Positions 61,397 to 64,000 of a stretch of 64,000 nucleotides of DNA are shown here, piece after piece. The stretch covers positions 9,734,001 to 9,798,000 of the forward strand of contig CM022678.1 in the NCBI GenBank assembly GCA_012295275.1, given 5' to 3'. Both the position numbers and the translations under genes were made by a program. The stretch's first letter is position 1, and each line of letters begins with the position of its first letter. The notes under the pieces were generated by a model, which did not search any database, was not told where the DNA came from, and saw nothing but the letters and a program-made list of their open reading frames with translations. The DNA is from Chrysomallon squamiferum (Eukaryota > Animalia > Mollusca).

Positions 61397-63722
61397 TAAC
61401 ATTTCTTCTTTTTATTTTTTTCGTGATTTTTAAAAATTATTATCGGAATTATTTATTTATAATTATTATGGTTATTTTTCTTAATTTCATTTTTAGCTCA
61501 GAAATGAATACATTATAACTGTCCTAATTTGCAAAATCTGGGTTAACTGTAAATACATACTTGAGATGATCTTACAGGAAATTACTTCTTTGACAGACCG
61601 TATCTTGTCTGCGGCAATGGACAGGAAACCACATGTTGGTCTCAAACCACAATTAATTTCTACAAATTATGTAATCATTTTTGTGAGAAACAAACAGATT
61701 AATAACTTGATAAATACTGAATAAAATTAGGTTCGTGTGTGAACTATTTTTACTTTATTAATAAAGTTCAATTTTCTTGTTTTAAATATTATAAATAAAT
61801 AAATAACTAAACAAACTAATAGGGCTGTTTGAATAGCTATTATATTGAACAGAAAAGTTGTTTATTATTACTTACTTTCTATTACAGGTATATTTCCTAA
61901 ATACTTGCTTTCTTTATTTTATTTTATTTTTTATTTTTTTTATTTTTGTAATACTGATTAACTGTTATTTCTGGATAATTTGTCTCATTTCAGAAATATA
62001 TTGTTCTTGGAGCTTATTAATTTCACAATAAATCTTAATAAAAAAAAAAAAGAAAAAAAAAGAAAAAAAAAAGAATGATAGTTTTCAATTATATTTTATT
62101 CTGCTGTATTATATTTATGATCTACTGGATCAGTTACTGAATATGTAAATAAGAGTGGATGAATGAATTGATGTTAGCATGGATCACGAATTTTCAGTGT
62201 TGGACTGATGATACGTCTTATTATGTGGATCATGTTCTATAAGCAGTTACAATTTATTTCTTGTTGTGTTATTATTTTTAGATAAACAATTTCCTTTTTG
62301 TGAGTTCTCAAGTATTTCTCTACAAATCTATGACATTGTATTTATTTGAAATCTGTTGTAACTGTAAAAACTGCAGTGGACTGAGTTCCAATATTTTCTT
62401 CGTTTTGATTGAGATCTTTTATTTGATTCTTGAAAAATTCATTATAATGTTACTGATAATAATAATAAAAAAATAATAATAATAATAATAATAAATATAT
62501 AAATAAATAAGTATTTTGGTTTTTAAAATAATAAACTGAAATATAACTACCTGTCAGTTTTGTAAATCCACCTAAGTTAAAAACTAAATCTCATCATATG
62601 TGTAGCAACACTGGCTGCAATATAAAATACTACTCATAATTTAGATATATTTTGAACATTTGATTATATAAATATTTGCAGAAAAAAAAAAAAAAAAAAA
62701 AAAAGACTTTTCCACGTACAACAAAATCAGTTTGACAATTCTACTTTCATTCCCAAATTTGTTCTCGGTCATATATATAATCTTGAGATTTGATTTCTCA
62801 GTCATGAAGTTCATAAAAATTAAATAATCCCCTATAGTTTTAAATAATACAGTAACAAAAATTAACAGTATTTATTAAAACTGATGGTTTTGCAAGTATA
62901 TACACACCAAAGTACAATATTGGCTGCTTCAGAGATATAAACAAACAGTAAGAGAAGGTAAACCTATTTTCATGTGAGCATCCATGTAGAGATTTTTATT
63001 TTCTCTTGCACTGACCCAACACAGCTGATCTTCACGCAATAAAAATGAAAATAGATATAACATTTTAGATGATTTTCTGCAGTCAGTTCAGTTTAATTTA
63101 AATAGGTATTAATAACAATAAACACAAGAACAAGAACATAAATAAATAAATAAATAAATTAATTAATTAATTAATTAAATGTAAAAATCTGAAATAAGAA
63201 ATAAATAAAATAAAACATAATAATAATAATAATAATAAAAATTCACACAAATCCTCCAACAATCCCCCTACAATAACAACCAACAAATAACATAAATAAA
63301 TAAACATAAAAAACGATCTTTGTTAAAATGAAGCAAAATATTCAAATAATAAAATGAAAATATATGTCAATATTATTTTTATTGTTTGTAAATTTTTTAT
63401 ATTAAATTTTAATAAAAAGAAGAAAAAAGTTTTAAAATTATTAAGCATTAATAAATAGTATTTACTCAGTTTGAATAGAGTTTTCCGGCAGGTCAATTAA
63501 TATACTGCTTTTCTAACTGAATAGGGGAAACTTTCTTTAGAAATTATATTAATGGAAGAAAACTTGATCTGTTAATATATTAGGAAAGAAAACTATGATT
63601 AGAGCAAAAACATAAAAACATTTTGTTTTACCCAAACGTAAACTTTTACTAGTGTTACTAAATTTTATAATTTTGTTACCAGTTTATAAGTGAGTGTGTG
63701 TTTGTGTGTACAATGTGACCAC

Positions 63723-63840
63723 CCTAATATCCTTGTTCACATGTTTGATTGTTCAGGTCACCATGGAAATTGTATCTTTCCAGTTCTGCATAGAAATTCC
63801 TTCCTTCACAAGATATTCATAAAAATGATGCTAGAATAAT
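63723..63840 (-). pseudogene. Degenerate Cys-containing exon (LDLa-like fragment KEFLCRTGK), possibly an upstream part of the EGF pseudogene
   Basis: tttag acceptor; stops occur in all three frames. Confidence 0.3.
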
Positions 63841-64000
63841 CTAAAATGTATTGATTTAGTGAAAAAAAAAAAAAAAAAAAAAAGACGTAATTTTTTTTAA
63901 TAATAATAATAATAAAATTTCTGTAAATCAACAGAACACTGTACAATATGTCTGCCAGGGTCCCTCTTATAGCACTATTACATTATGGTCCATTTGAACA

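Noticed and set aside
63723-63840. In-frame TGAs at Cys-like positions (also 46166-46294) suggesting a multi-Sec selenoprotein
   Set aside because: Neighbouring exons have TAG/TAA stops and frameshifts, the frame is ambiguous, and no SECIS was recognised. Pseudogene decay is the simpler explanation.

Overview
AT-rich, microsatellite-dense eukaryotic DNA with spliceosomal GT-AG introns. The gene types suggest an invertebrate animal, probably a mollusc (inference). A 200-N scaffold gap lies at 47610-47809, and most listed ORFs are microsatellite artefacts. Supported content: (1) a + strand multi-exon CUB-Ig-Ig-TM receptor gene (~6.3-10.3 kb) with one +1 frameshift in a T7 run. (2) Two tandemly duplicated two-exon RING/coiled-coil/NHL-like beta-propeller (TRIM-like, no B-box) genes: the first is intact (~619 aa, with a 19-aa repeat linker built from CA/GACA microsatellite-like DNA) and the second is disrupted. 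(3) A decayed non-LTR retrotransposon at ~29.9-31.1 kb. (4) Two - strand exons encoding a Pro-rich, Tyr-motif, PDZ-ended cytoplasmic tail at 46.6-47.2 kb. (5) A decayed - strand EGF/cbEGF-repeat gene at ~56-64 kb. (6) A candidate small spliced + strand transcript at 43.4-44.5 kb. (7) Many minisatellites, MITE-like pieces, and direct and inverted duplications. Overall it looks like a birth-and-death cluster of immune/adhesion-type genes. No prokaryotic systems, CRISPR, tRNA or rRNA were seen.
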